Positions 24,790-39,666 of a DNA stretch of 64,000 nt are shown here, piece by piece. The notes beneath the pieces are model-generated. The model worked only from the letters and a program-made list of their open reading frames with translations, had not been told where the DNA came from and made no database searches. Each line of letters begins with the position of its first letter. Position 1 is the stretch's first letter. Both the position numbers and the translations under genes were made by a program. This DNA is from Pristiophorus japonicus (lineage: Eukaryota), in assembly GCF_044704955.1 (NCBI RefSeq), contig NC_091996.1, forward strand, positions 83,266,001 to 83,330,000, given 5' to 3'.

Positions 24790-25220
24790 ATCAACGAGAT
24801 CTATTTGCACTGACTAGGATTGTATTCCCTGGAGTATATCATATTAATGGAAATCTATAGAGGTTTTTAAGATGATTAAATTATTTGATCGCATATGTAT
24901 CAATAATCTGTTATGTTTTCTGGTGGAATCCAGAAGAAATGAGAATAACCTTGAAGTTAGAACTATGCAAGTGTGATGTCAGGAATCACTTCTCTACAAG
25001 AAGATTGGTGGAAATCTGGAATTCACGCCACCAAAATGCTGTTGAGGCTGGGGCTCAAATTGATATTTCAAATTTATACTGCTAGATTTATGATGGACTA
25101 GGGTATTAAGAGGCATTGAAACAAGACAGATAGATGGAGTTACGATATAGATCAGCCATTATCTATTTGAATGTTGGAACAGGCTGGAGGGGATCAACAG
25201 TCTGCACCATATGTTCCTAA
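24790..25220 (+). mobile_element. Old CR1 3' fragment
   Basis: RNHFSTRRLVEIWNS..AVEA resembles the CR1 ORF2 C-terminus; decayed. Confidence 0.6.
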
Positions 25221-25308
25221 ACAAAGAAAGGTTAAAAACAGAAACTGGAGTTTAGAATAGTTACAAAACTAACCAATCAAGAAGTGGGATCCCCACTTGC
25301 AACTGAGT

Positions 25309-26834
25309 CATAGAAACATAGAAACAAAAAAACATAGAAAAATAGGTGCAGGTGTAGGCCATTCGGACTTTCAAGCCTGCACCACCATTCAATAAGATGA
25401 TGGCTGATCATTCCCTCAGTACCCCTTTCCTGCTTTCTCTCCATGCCTCTTGAGCCCTTTAGCCATAAGGGCCATATCTAACGCCCTCTTGAATATATCC
25501 AATGAACTGGCATCAACAACTCTCTGCGGCAGGGAATTAGAAAGGTTAGCAACTCTCTGAGTGAAGAAGTTTCTCATCATCTCAGTCCTAAATGGCCTAC
25601 CCCTTATCCTAAGACTGTGGCCCCTGGTTCTGGACTTTCCCAACATCGGGAACATTCTTCCTGCATCTAACCTGTCCAGTCCTGTTAGAATCTTATACAT
25701 TTCTAGGAGATCCCCTCTCATCCTTCTAAACACCAGTGTATAAAGGACCAGTTGATCCAGTCTCTCCTCATATGTCAGTCCAGCCATCCCTGGAATCAGT
25801 CTGGTGAACCTTCGCTGCACTCCCTCAATAGCAAGAATGTCCTTCCTCAGATTAGGAGAACATAATATTCCAGGTGAGGTCTCACCAAGGCCCTGTACAA
25901 CTGCAGTAAGACCTCCCTGCTCCTATATTCAAGTCCCCTAGCTATGAAGGCCAACATACCACTTGCCTTCTTCAACACCTGCTGTACCTGCATGCCAATT
26001 TTTAATGACTGATGAAACATGACACCAGGTCTCGTTGCACCTCCCCTTTTCCTGATCTGCTGCCATTCAGATACTATTCTGCCTTCGTGTTTTTTCCCCC
26101 AAAGTGGATAACCTCACATTTATCCACATTATACTGCATTTGCCATGCATTTGCCCAATCACCTAACCTGTCCAAGTCATCCTGCAGCCTCTTAGCGACC
26201 TCCTCACGGCTCACACTGCCAGCCAGTTTAGTGTCATCTGCAAACTTGGAGATATTACACTCAATTCCTTCATCTAAATCATTAATGTATATTGTAAAGA
26301 GCTGGGGTCCCATCACTGAGCCCTGCGGCACTCCACTAGTCACTGCCTGCCATTCTGAAAAGGACCCGTTTATCACGACTCTCTGCTTACTGTCTGCCAA
26401 CCAGTTCTCTATCCACGTCAGTACATTAGCCCCAATACCATGTGCTTTGATTTTGCGCACCAATCTCTTGTGGGGAACCTTGTCAAAAGTCTTTTGAAAG
26501 TACAAAACATTACATTCACTGGTTCTCCCTTGTCCAATCTGCTAGTTACATCCTCAAAAAATTTCAGAAGATTCGTCAAGCATGATTTCCCCTTCATAAA
26601 TCCATGCTGACTTGGACCGATCCTGTCAAATGCGCTGTCATTTCATCCTTAATAATTGATTCCAACATTTTCCCCACTCCTGATGTCAGGCTAACTGGTC
26701 TATAATTACGCATTTTCTCTTTCCCTCCTTTTTTAAAACGTGGTGTTACATTCGCTACCCTCCAGTCCATGGGAACTGATCCAGAGTCGATAGACTGTTG
26801 GAAAATGATCACCAATGCATCCACTATTTCTAGG
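25309..26834 (-). mobile_element. 5'-truncated CR1 LINE (RT region, frameshifted)
   Basis: YRPVSLTS, FDKVPH, SGVPQGSV, SKFADDTKL, C-terminal RTRGHS; (TATGTTTC)n tail. Confidence 0.95.
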
Positions 26835-28139
26835 GCGGAGAAGGAACAGTTGGGAAGTTTGCAAATTTGAATTACAGTGTGTGTGCAGTTAGATGTTGGA
26901 GTGTTATATTTGATTTTAATGTCTAGTGCTCGGGATATGCGAAAAGAACGACATAGGATAAAGAGGAATGTCTGAGTTGATGATGTCCTTGGAATTAAAT
27001 AGTGAGATACCGACACCAACTCTCTGTGGTAATACATTGACGATGTCATTTGTTCAAAGTATTGAGCACTTCTGTGCAATGACACAAATCCACACTTCCC
27101 ATCCAATGCTTCTAATGTATATTTTCCACTTTTCTGCTCCTGGTCATTAATATTAAATACTGAATCGCTACTTGTTTTGGATATGAGTCGTGAGGCACAG
27201 TCGGATTTTCTGCTCCTGGAATACCAATGGTCAATTGTTGGATGAGCCGAGGTACAGTCACGCTAAGCTCCATGCTCACGAAATGGATATTCAGGGTCAC
27301 TAAAATTACAAAGGAAAAGAATTACAGTTAATGAAGTTCATTTAATTGTGAATCGCAATAGATGTAACGCTTGTAACAATAGTCATTGACTGCAGTTGCT
27401 GGCATAATATGAATGACAATACAAGACAACATCCTGGGATATCAGAAATGAGCTGAATGCTAGAAAAATAGCACAAATCTTGCTCTTTTCCTCAGATGGT
27501 GTGAGTTCAGCAGGTTTCAGGCGATACAATCCATGATCGAGTGATTTCCCTATCAAAACACTCCTCTATCAATCAGTGTGCATCCTAATGAGAAATATGA
27601 AGAACGGTACCAGAGTTGCACGGGTTCCTATCTGGAGACAGGAGGAACCGTATCAACTAGGCACGGGATTAATTTGGTAATGCCTATTCATTATTCGGAT
27701 TAAAAACTTTAAATGAGCTGAACAATATTAATCAGCAACTCAAACATCAAATTCTAACGTTACTATTCAGAAACAGTGATATTAACTTAGAGTGTTGGAA
27801 ATTGAGACAGCTGAACCAGATTAGTTCACCAATGCATTTGTGATGCATCTGTTAGGATTGATTTATCCAACCAAATAACCAGCTGTATTCCGAAAAGGTC
27901 ATAACGCAAGTGCTGATCTGCCATTCTGACTCAGCATTTACAGCAAATTGAGGGAATAGTAATGTAACATGTTGTCCGAAGTAGCATGAAAGAACAATGG
28001 GATTTTAATGCAATTGCCTGAAATATACCTAATAATGAACATTAAGGACGCACCAATCATTGAACTGGCATCAATGACTTGGAGATCACATTAGGGCAGC
28101 ATGAGCCATTATCAAATAGACTAACGAGAGTAGAAGAAT

Positions 28140-30000
28140 ATAGAGCTAATTTTGGAAAGGAAGAAAAAAGTGAGGCAGAGAAAGAAAAGAAAGAAAAAGA
28201 AAGTTATAAACAAAGCATTGAAGGAAGTAAGGATGAAAGAGACAGACAATGATTAAAGGAAATCATGCCATTGCTTATTTCGCAAAAATAAGTGGAACAT
28301 GGGACATCATGAAACACACAAAATAAAGAAAGCTGTAAATCAGTAAAAGAAGGAAAGACAGAGAGGAAAGAAAGAACGAATGAAGGAAAGAAAGGATGAA
28401 AGGAAGATGTATAGAAAGAGAGGAAGGAACGAAGTAATGAACGAAGGAAGGCAGGATGTTGGAGGAAGATAAGTCAGCGGAAAAGGAAAAATCAAAAAGA
28501 GAGATAAAAACAGAAAGAATGAGAAATAAAGGAAAAAGTAAAGTGCAATAAAGAAAGAAAGAAAGCAGCAAAGACAGAAAGAACAGAAGGTAGGAAGACA
28601 AATGGAGAGAAAGCGAGGAAGAATGAAGGAAAGAAAAAGTGGGAAAGAAAGAAGGAAAGAAACAAAGAAGAAACAAAGGAAATCAATCTCGAAAAAAAAC
28701 ATTAAAGTAATGAATCAAGAGAAAAAGGGCGATAGAAATAAAAAATGGGATAAAAATTATGAAAGAAAGAAAAGAAGGAATGTGTGAAAGAAATTTAGAA
28801 AGAAAGAAAGGAAGGTAGAAATAAAGTAAGAAAGTAAGAGAATGAAAGAAAGAAGGAAAGAATGAAAGATTAAAGAAATAATGGATGTAAGAAATAAAGA
28901 ATGAAAGGAAACAAGGAACAAGAAAGGAAGAAAGAATGAAAGGAAGAAAGAAAGAAAATGTTCTAATATCTACACCATTTTTTACAGCAATAAGTGGAAC
29001 ATGGAATATCGGGAAACAGAAAAAAGAGAAAATTGGAAATGAATAAAAAAGAAATGGAGAGTAAGAAAGAAAGACGGGACAGAAACAAGGACAGACAGAA
29101 AGGAAGAAATATGGAAAAGAACGATAGAAAGAAAGAAAGGGATTGGTAGAAAGAAAGAAGGATAGAAAGAATGAAAGAAGTAAAGTGTGCAATAAATAAG
29201 GTAAGAAAAGAAAGGAAATAATTAACGAAGAAAGAAAGAATGGAAGATAGGAAGAAAGAACAAAAGATAGAATGATAGGAAGAAAAAATAAAATATTGAA
29301 CGAAGGATCGAAGAAAAGGAAGGAAGGATGGTAGGATGGAAGAGAGAAAGAAAGAAAGAGAGAAAGAAAGAAATAATGAAAGAAAGGAAAAATAATGAAT
29401 GAAAGAAAGATTGAAGAAAGAAAGAAATAGAAAGTAGAGTAGAGTCAAAGGAAGAAAGAAAGAAGGAAAGAAAGAATGATAGAAAATACAATAGATAGAT
29501 AGAAAGAAGGGAGGAGAGAAAGATAGAAATAAATTAAAGAATGACAGAAAGATAGAGAGAACGATAGAACAAAGATTGATAGAAGGAAAGATAGAAAGAA
29601 AGAAATACAGAATGGCAGAGAGATTGGAAGAACGAAAGAAAGGAAGAAAGAAAGAAAGAAAGAGGGAAGAAAGAATGAAGGAAAAAGAAGGAAGGAGTGA
29701 AATAAAAGAAGCAAGAAAGACATATAGAATGAGAGGAAGGAACGAAGTAATGAACGGAGGAAGGCAGGAAGATGGAGGAAGGTAAGTGAGAGAAAAAGGG
29801 CTAAAGAAAAATAGAGAGCAAAACAGAAAGAATGAAAAAAGAAAGAGAAAGCGTAAGGGGCAAGAAAGAAAGCAGCAAAGACAGACCGAAAGAAAGGAAG
29901 GAAGGAAGACAAATGGAGAGAAAACTAGGAATAATGAAGGAAAGAAAGAAATAGTGAAGGAAAGAAAAAAGATAGATAGAAAGAAAGATAGAACTACATT
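28140..30000. repeat. ~1.9 kb purine-rich low-complexity tract with internal duplicated blocks
   Basis: A/G-dominated + strand; aataagtggaacatgg occurs twice; 28380-28640 resembles 29660-29960. Confidence 0.9.
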
Positions 30001-33000
30001 CAATTATTCAAGTAGCCCATAATAAGCGCGGTATGTCCATGCTCCAACATGTCTGTTCAACTGTATGTCCGAAGGTCCATTTGAGGTTTCTCAATGCGTT
30101 GACATCCCTCAATCAATTGATGGATCTGTTGTCCTGAATTCACCTTCTGAAGGACGTTATCCTCTGAAGCTTCACCGTGGCTTGCAGTGGCCACGTGGAA
30201 TGGCGTTGGTCACGATTACGATCCCTGTACGTACCTGCTTTAAGCTCAAAACTTCAAAGGATTATTTTTCCGAAACTTCTTAATATCCCCATGTCCTTGC
30301 TCTCATCATGTCGTGGGAAGGTGTAAACTTCCCGTCCACTGAGCTTAAGTTTACTTTTACATTAATAGAAGCTCTGTCACTGTCTCTCTGTGTATCTCTC
30401 TCTCTCGCATTCTGTATTTCTGTCTGGCTTTCTCTCATTTCTGTCGCAAACTGTCTCTCTGTTTTCTGTTTCTCTCTTTTATCTGTCTGCCTCTGTGCAA
30501 TAGAAATCTCCAGAGAAAAATTGAAAATGAACAATATGACAGGAGGTGTAATTTTATTTAGCGGTGCCTGTTTGGTGAGTGTGTTCACTGTTTTGTGGAA
30601 GAATTATTTCTTAGTTTATAATATTCTTGTTTTTGGTACTGTACCATGTAAACGTTCAAGCAACAAATTGGCTGCTTAAAACAAAAGATACATTTAAACC
30701 CCAGCGTTCATTGACCCGGAGTCACTGAGATAGGGGAAGTAAGACAATGGGTGGTTGAAAAGGCAAACAGATGTATTAATCGCTTGTACTAATAACAGGA
30801 AGATAGTTCCTTGTTTTTCTGCTGATGCGAGGAAAATAACCCCACTTGTGTGTGCATATGTTAGTTAATCTTTGACTTACCACAATGCAAAGATAGATTG
30901 TCATAGCATTACCATATAGGGTAAGCCGTTACAAAAATGTTAGATAATTGGACAATGGTGTAAGGGGGCGGGCACCCAAAGGTATAATTGTAACTTGGAA
31001 ACTTCGCTCGGAGCGAAGGTGTGGCGAAGCTGCGGAGTTTCCCCACTTCTCCCAGAGCGCTCTGTACGAATAAACTGTGACGTTTCCCTCACTGTTCTTG
31101 GACTCGGTGGGGAATTTATTAACCTTACAATTTGGCGCTCCTTGCAAGGTGAATACGGTTCTTCGGGTGTCCTAGCCAGTGGAGAGGGACGAGTAGTCAA
31201 GGTTTGACCGTCCAGTCAATTGGGCCCCGGAACAGGGTGACCCCTGAGCCCCGATTCACCAAAGAACAAAACGTCCGTGAACAGTGAGAAAAACCACAGT
31301 TGAGCCACGGGTTCGAGTCTAAGCTAGCTTGGTATGAGTGATGTGTGAAAGAAATGAGTGTTCCCCGCCACTTCGATTGTCACAAACTATCGCAGTCACC
31401 TAACTTGAGCCGGAATTAAGAGGGCGAATGCCCCACGGAAAGGCCAAGGATTAAGGTTGAAGGGAACATAGAGAGGACAAAGTGGCGATGGAAAAGTGGA
31501 ACAGTGAGTGAAGTAGGGACTAATCTCCTTGCGACTTTGATTCACACAGGTCGGGACATTGGGGGTCATGTGTAGAACAATTAATGTGGTTGTAGTAAGT
31601 TGCGGGTGCAGCTGGAAAAGATCGTAGTGGTTCGTGGAGGCGCCATTTTTAACGAATCGCAAGTGTGTTGAAACACGTCTGATGATAGAGAATGCAAGTC
31701 CTGAATGGACTGCTGACAGTAGTAAGACAGTGACGTGAGACTACGATGAGTGCTGAGAATCGCAAGTGTAATCAGATTGTAATAAAGTGTAATAAAGATT
31801 ACAAGTCCGCCTGGTAGAAGTGAGTAAGACCAGGCGTACCTCTGACAATCGTGAGACCGTGACGTGAGACTACAATGAGTGGTAAGGAAACGGAGAGGGC
31901 CCCGCCTAGGGTCCCTCACCAGACTATACATGACCGAAAGCAGGGATTGGCCCCGACGGGAAAAAAAATGTGTGAAACAACAGAGAGAGTGGTGGGAGAT
32001 GCAGAAACAGAAAGAAAAACCGGGACATTTGAGAGGACGAAAAGCAGCACTCAAAGCCTGCGTACTTGACTCCGTTCTAGTTATGAAAAGAAAGGATAAA
32101 GATGCAGCCTTGAAAGAAAACAAATTGAACGAAATTGAAAGAAAAGGTGTCTTCGATTGTCTAAATTAACGAAGTTACCGAGAGACCAGCCCTCTGTGTA
32201 AAATACCAAAACCTAATTTGAAGAAAGGAGATTTTTAAAAAAGAGGACATAACTTACTAAATACTAGTTGATATTGGCTGTGAAAAAAAAAGATATTGGT
32301 TTAATTGAAAAGATTTTTGGCAGAGGTAAAAGACACTCTCCATTGAAAATGATTTTGAATTATGAGAACGTTTCATTGAAGTTTGAAAAGATTTCCAGAA
32401 TAGACATGTTTATCAAGAAAAGTCCCGAACAGTCTAAACAAGCAGGAGGGTTTTGAAAATAACGAGAAGAGGTCTAAGCGATGCAAACTCAGCACAAAAA
32501 GAAAAATTGGGAATTAGAAAATCTTACTGATTTTAAAATTCTTACAGGAAATGTTGGAATGTATACAGCTTGTGTGAAAATTGAAGTTCAGTAAACAAAA
32601 TAACTATTAAAAATGTGTGGTATCGTTTTAAATCAATTAAAAAAATCTTTGGCAAGTACTTGAATTCGAAGTTAAGGAAAAAATTGAAATTTAATCTAAA
32701 ATGCTGTCTGTCCTGATGCGAAGGCTTCTATTCTGACGACTTTACTAATGATTTCTGCTGTTTTAACGGATTCCTAATTTCTAAGCAAGTTTTGAAAGCT
32801 CAAGGACTTAAAAAAAAAACGAAATTCAGATGATTACGTGAAGTCACGTCATGACATCAGGCCTTCTTACAAACCTGTAAAGAAGCTAACACTTTCCATT
32901 GACAACTGTTTTATATTGGACATTATTCATTTGGATTTCTTAACTAGCCCATGTAATAATACTCGCCTGATACAAATAATGAAAAAATTATTCGAGGAAC

Positions 33001-33172
33001 AGACTTAACAAGGGAATTTCAACTATTAATAGATGCGGAGCTTAACAAAATAATCTGGCCACGAGCGGATGGACATAAAAGCAATTACACCGCGCCCTTA
33101 TGAAACATTGCGAAAATGGGCAGTGCTAAACCACTGGCCTGGGATTAGGGATAAGAGTCGGGGGTAGACGGG

Positions 33173-34371
33173 GTGATATTCGAGGCCCTAGAGCCGGTAT
33201 GGGCCAAAACAAAGCAGGACACGGGCCTCGTTGACATAATGCCGGTTAAAGTCCCAGGGCCCGAACATGAGGGACATCGGAGAAAACCCGGCAGAAGGCC
33301 TCCTGGGGGCAGTGAAGCTGCACCAGTGGAGAAAGGATGGAAAAGTCACAGCCCCAAACTGCATTAAGCAGACATTACTGCAACTACACCATGGAGTGGC
33401 CCCTACAGGCAGGGGACCCATGATGGAGTGGCTCACGAGAAGATTGGTGGTGGTCCAGAATGGGGTGGGATATAGCCAAACACTGTCAGCGCTGTATAAC
33501 ATGTGTGCAACATAACCCTGGCAAGCCGGTTAGGATACGGATGGCCCATCAACCGAGACCAAGGGGGCCATGGGAAAATATACAGATAGATTTCACCGGG
33601 CCACTCCCGGACTCACGGGGGAAAAGATACTGCTTGGTGGTAATTGACCAATTCACTCGGTGGGTGGAAGCGTTCCCCACACGAAATTGTACGGCCACTA
33701 CAGTCACCAGGATACTGGCCGAGGAGATCATCCCCAAATGGGGGGTGCCAGTGCAAATGGATTCGGATCAGGGCACCCACTTCACGGGAGGGGTGATAAA
33801 GGCAGTATGTAAACTGATGGGGATAAGACAGAAATTCCACATCCCATACCATCCCCAGGGCTCGGGGATGGTAGAACGAATGAATCGAACCCTCAGGGTG
33901 CCGATTGCAAAGGCAATCCGAGAAACCAGGAGGACCTGGGTTGACGTGTTGCCCCTCATTCTAAATGAAGTGAAGAGCGATCCCAAACAGGATGACTGGG
34001 CTGTCCCCCTATGATCTACTGATGGGTAGAGCAATGCAACTTCCAGAAGTGATCGTTACAGGGGGGACTGATGTGGGACTGTTAAGGGATCGGATCAGGA
34101 GGTACATCCTGGAAACGAGCAACAGTCTTACGGAGACGAGAACGCAGGTCAGGTATAAGCAGCTCTGACAGGACGAGAAATTAGAATCCACCGCCCTCCC
34201 AGATGTGCCCCAGGAAGGGACCCGCATAATGGTAAAGGTCATCCCTGCACCAAAATGGATAGGACCGTACAGGTTATGATTCGCGGAGATACGTGTGCCT
34301 GCGTTGACATGAGAGGACGGGGGCAGTGGAAACACTGGACCCAGCTTAAGGCTTTCGAGCCTAAAAATTAA
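33173..34371 (+). pseudogene. pol: ERV-A pol remnant/integrase, copy 2
   Basis: Same motifs and frameshifts as copy 1; DSDQG intact. Confidence 0.9.
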
Positions 34372-34480
34372 TGCCTGTAGTATCTACTATTCTTTGATTC
34401 GCCCACAGGTCAATATAGACACTACAAGTAATATATACAGCCATATTGCCTTTGACTATTTGTTAATATAGATTGGTAAG

Positions 34481-35915
34481 ATGAATCTGTGTGCCGCAGT
34501 CTGTATAATAGCCTTGGTCTACGTCAAGTGCAGCATGTGGGAAGCGAAACAGAAACGAGAATTCCATGTAAACGCCTTTCTGTATATGTCTTATGTTTAC
34601 GCACGAAATGGGAACTTTTCTAGTTGCTGGGTGTGCTCGCATATTCCGATATATTCCAAAGGGGGAATTCCTTTGCGTCCCTTTGCCCTGACACTAACTG
34701 AGACTGTCAAGTGGCTTCTGAGCCAGAATGGCACGGGAGGAGGGTGGCCAATGCAAGAACGAAGGATGAAAGGCGGGTCAAGAGAGGGATCACGAATGGG
34801 AGGAGGACCATCATACCGCTACCGTGCGGACAACCACGGGGACGTCACCGAGTGGGAGAGTGCTGGGTACCCCATGAGTCAAACATTACAGGGATGGTAC
34901 CAACCACCCTATGACCAAAGAAGGGAACCCCCATACCTAATCCTGACCAATACCTCGGGGATCAGGAGACCAACAGGGACCATATGTTTAACCCAAAATG
35001 ACATCAGTGGAAGGGGACATGTCAGAGGGTACAGCGATTGCCCACACAACCTCAATATCACAACAGGCGCATGGGTCACTATCCTCTCACGCCTTCTGAA
35101 TAAAACAGGTGGAGGTTTGTGACCACGACACAATATATGAAATGGCAGCGTATAACGGCACGTATTTTCTGTGTGGGCATAGGGCATATCCCTGGTTACC
35201 CAGGCGATGGACAGGGTCCTGTTATTTGGGAAATGTGGTCCCCTTTGTCAGACAGGTACGTACCCTGGCAGAGGTGAGTACACCAGGTCGACGAAGATGA
35301 GCGATTACCCCGGTAGAAAGACTCTTTGGAGTTGTGATGTTCCCATAAGGGATAGGGCGCACCATGGATGAACTAAGAAACGTAGAGAGGGTTCTGGAAC
35401 GAATAGCTAACGACATTGCCGAGGCGATGGAGAGCATAACAGCTGAAATGGTAGCCATACGTACCACCGTAATTCAGAACCGAATGGCCCTAGATTACGT
35501 AGGCACATGCGCATTGATTGGGGCTGAATGTTGCACTTATATACCCGATAATTCCGAGAATATAACCAACCTAGCCGATCATATAAGGAGAGAAGTGAGG
35601 AAATTAACCACCCCAGATGGTGCAGTTGGCTGGTTGGGGGGATGAATGTCCAAGTTGGGACAAAGTATTGTACAGGGGCTGATTTTCATTGTGGCTATAT
35701 GCCTGGCCTTGTACCTTGTGGTAATGATGATTAAGTTATGTATGTCCAAGGTATGTATCACAATACCCATAGCTTCTGGGACTTACATCAACGATACAAC
35801 AACCCGACTTCCACCCGCAACATATCACAAGCTGCACCTCCATTTGCAGCAGTACCACCAGCTCCAGGCTCGCCCAAGGACCCTGGCACAAGACGATGAG
35901 GCAGTTTGGATGTAA
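34481..35915 (+). pseudogene. env: ERV-A env, copy 2 (more decayed)
   Basis: Same three stops as copy 1, plus a net -14 bp frameshift at ~35121 and a 15-bp deletion in the ISD. Confidence 0.93.
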
Positions 35916-36566
35916 GATTGGATTGTTCTTATCCGCATGAGATGGGAAAAGATCAACAGGAGGGACTGTTGTGGAAGAATTATCTCTTAGTTTATAATAC
36001 TCTTGTTTTTGGTACTGTACCATGTAAACGTTCAAGCAACAAATTACCTGCTTAAAACAAAAGACACATTTAGACCCCAACGTCCATTGACCCTGAGTCA
36101 TGGAGATAGGGGAAGTAAAACAATGGGTGGTTGAAAAGGCAAACAGATGTATATCGCTTGTACTAATAACAGAAAGATAGTTCCTTGTTTTTCTGCTGAT
36201 GCGAGGAAAATAACCCCACTTGTGTGTGCGCATGCTAGTTAACCTTTGACTTACCACAATGTAAAGATAGATTATCATAGCATTACCATATAGGGTAAGA
36301 CGTTACAAAAATGTTAGATAATTGGACAATGTAACTTGGAAACTTCGCTCAGAGAGAAGGTGTGGCGAAGCTGCGGAGTTTCCCCACTTCTCCCAGAGCG
36401 CTCTGTACGAATAAACTGTGATGTTTCCCTCACTGTTCTCGGACTCGGTGTGGAATTTATTTCCCTGACAACTGAAAGCTCGGCAGAAGCAGTTTCAATG
36501 GTAACTTACAAAAGGGAAGCAGATATATACTTGTAAAGGAAACATTCGTAGGGCTGTGGGAAACAT

Positions 36567-38945
36567 GTGGCATTGTCGTTATGTTACTGCACCAGTAATC
36601 CGTAACCTGGGCTAATGATCCGGTGTCATGAGTCATAGCGAATATAAATTCAGTTAATTAAATAAATCTGGAATTTAAAGCTAGTATTAATAATGGTGCA
36701 CCGTATAACTACCGGATTGTCATTAAATCCACTTGGTTTACTACTGGAAGGAAATCTGCCGTCCTTACCTGGTCTGGACTATATTTGACGCCAGACCCAC
36801 AGTAATGTGGTTGACTCTTAGCTGCCCTCTGAAATGGCCCAACAAGACATTCAGTTCTATTCAGGAAGGTGGCTCACCAACACCTTCTCGAGGGCAATTT
36901 GGGATGGGCAATAAATGCTGACCTTTCTGGTGACGTACACATCCCGTGAATGAATAAATTAAAGAATAGAAAGAGCAGGTGTGAGTGGGATAAATTGGGT
37001 ATCTCTGGCAATCGCACGGTGGTCCCAGTGGCCTCGTTGTGTGCCGTATCATTCTCGGATTCCAGGATTCTATGTGGAAGCAGACCCGTTACTTACACCC
37101 GGATCACATTAATTTCAAACTTTAGCACGTGCTTTATGCACTTGGGTGAGCGAGTGGTTGTCGACATTACAGCAGTACTACAGTTCAAAAAGTACTTCAT
37201 TGGCTGTAAAGCACTTTGGGACATCCGGTGGTCTTTAAAGGCGCGATATAATTAAAAGTCTTTCTTCAAGACGTTCGACTAAAGATTCCATGGTGCCTGC
37301 TTGGATTCGCCCCCTCTCCTGGTAACAGTGTCATTTAATCTTTATCGTCCCATTGCCACCCCATTTTACCTTGCAGCTGCTCTGCAACAATCTCTCTCTC
37401 TGTCTGATTCGGACATGACTTTGTTATTTAATAATACACAGATTCATGCTATCCCATCTCCCCACCGCCTTCTACTTGTATCTGCACTTGCTATTAACCT
37501 TTTAAATCTCTATCTTACTCATGTTCCGATGAACGGTCATCGCTCTGAAACATTATCTCTATTTTTCTCTCCACAGAAGCTTAAGCCTGCTGAGTGTTTG
37601 CAGCATTTTCTGTCTTTATTTCAGCTTTGCAGCATACCCAGTATTTTGCTTCTGTTCTCTGTAATGTTGTCGGCTGCACGTTTAATATCTGCTATTGATC
37701 GACTTCCATCGGAAAAATAGTCTTTTAAATTCAGAGAATTTGTTCTACCCCTTTTTGTCTTTTTTCCGTGTTCTGTCTCTAGATTTAACATACTGCCTTA
37801 GTTTTTCTATTTCAGTCTCTCTGTCTCTCGCTCTATTTATTTCTCTCTGTATCTTTCTCTTTGTTTTCTTGTCTCTGTTCATTTTTCTCAACCGGTCTAT
37901 CTTTCATTCTCTCTTACGAATTGTCTCTCTCTTTCGACCTCACTCTGTCCTGCTGCCTTGCCCGTTTAATTGAGTTACGCCTTTCAAAACCAAACACAAA
38001 CGGCTGGAGAATTTTCGGACTTTTTCACTGCAACTGGGGATGTCAAGTAAGTTGATCCACATATTTTCAACGTATGACTGTATGAATCCCTGCTGGAACA
38101 GACAAACCGATCCGTTCCTTACCCTTGTTTCATATTGCATTGAACTTGATTGGAAAGTACAGCCATTCCCACACCTCCATCTCTGTCGCCTTTGTCCCGA
38201 GTAAAGCTTGCTCGCTCTCCTATCCGGGTCGTTCACCCTGGTAAGGCCCCAATCTGCACTCCCTGAAGTCAACTGGGGAATGTCTGGTGGGCAACAGGTT
38301 TAGCCGCACATCAATAGATCTGACTGGAACACATGATTCCTTTTTGGCCTTATTCGACTTTGCCAAAATCGTCCATTTCCATAGCATTAGGTTTGCGTTG
38401 CAACCGCGCCACCAGCGTACATTGTGCACTGCCAACCTTCTCGGCAAACCTCTCTCCTCTACCCCCTCGACCATCACTGATCACAACAAGAACCAGAAGC
38501 TCATGGACTGCTTGCTCAGTACCATTGCCGCCGCCAATTTAGTTTCCTCTGAAGTTCTCCCATCTTCTCCTGTCCCCATTAAAGCATATTTGCCGATGAC
38601 TCGCTCCTGTTATAACTTTAAATCCACGTCCTACTGCAATTTCTCTCCTATCTCGTTTGACGTCCTCTCCAAGTTTATCTTGTCCAAGGAACACACATTT
38701 TTCTCCTTGACCCCATTCAGACAGAACTGCTGAGAATCTAAAATTCCCCGTCACCCACTGGAGATTTGACATAGTAACTATTCCGTCTGTTCAGGTACTG
38801 ACCCTTTATTGTCAGACAGCCATCATTAACCCCTTCCTCTGTAGCAGCATGTCCTGGCAAACTCCATGTCCGCTTCAAATGTGTTGAATTAAAAGTGTTG
38901 TAGCCATTCTGTCCAGAAATCCCATATTTCTACCACTGCCATAGT
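36567..38945 (+). mobile_element. Copy-2 counterparts of the SINE, SINE tail, Penelope-like and L2 fragments
   Basis: Collinear with 7594-9990. Confidence 0.55.
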
Positions 38946-39666
38946 CGCGAATCAAAGACACAAATAATACGCTCTATGATTATGACTTCGGGGCATTATC
39001 CCTCTTCATCCGGCATGACATATCTGCAGCCTGTGAGAGGGCGAATCACACCTCCCTCTCCCAATGAAGGGAAAGGTGGAATTAGCACAGTGGTGGACAA
39101 AATACGGTCCAGGGGCCACATCCGGCCCACCCGGTCATTCTATCGCGCCCACTGGATGGAACAGAAATAGAACGTGAGCCGGAGCTCGAGCTGTACATTT
39201 AACTATCCACTTTCACTTTCCATGGGTCAAAGACATACCCGAACTGCAGCCAGTAATATTTCATTCAAATTAATAACCCGCTGAAGTGATTTTCCCTGGC
39301 CCTATCTAAAAAGGATCCGTTCCTTGATTCTGGGCCCCAATGGCGCACCTCCGTACCCAGAATGCATTGCGTACTGGAATATGCCATATCCATTCTAGTG
39401 CAGAGTCATGGCTGCTCATCTCCACAAGTCTTTTTCCGAAGAAAGTGACCGGCAATGCATCTTTCCTCTCCCGGTATCCAGGGTACAACGGCAGGGAAGT
39501 TTTCATCTGCCACCAATTCGGCCTGCAGTAGTAATCTTTGCAAAGGGGCACAAGGAGGACTGAGGTGGGTCAATGATGCTGTCACAGGATCTAAAGTGTC
39601 TACCGTTCTATTTCACACCTTGTTTTCATAATTTATCTTTGATTCATTTCTAAGCAGTATCCAATA

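Larger units (their letters stand above)
1..29021 (+). repeat. Tandem segmental duplication unit, copy 1 (~29.0 kb; boundary arbitrary)
   Basis: Position 1 (aaaagagaaaattggaaatg) recurs at 29022 and 58762; all ORFs recur collinearly with an offset of ~28,950-29,810. Confidence 0.97.
30591..36470 (+). mobile_element. ERV-A, copy 2 (5' LTR 30591-31129, PBS 31133-31150, 3' LTR 35967-36470)
   Basis: Same flanks and ACTG TSD as copy 1; 3' LTR carries a 37-bp deletion. Confidence 0.95.

Noticed and set aside
27112-27300. QQLTIGIPG as exon 1 of the minus-strand GPCR pseudogene
   Set aside because: No GT donor after IGIP and no YYP motif; similarity too short
28963-30003. 346-aa and other F/L/S-rich or K/E/R-rich ORFs in the purine tracts (also 497-986, 16875-17702, 58051-59767)
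   Set aside because: Artefacts of low-complexity sequence that lacks stop codons; frames are not conserved between copies
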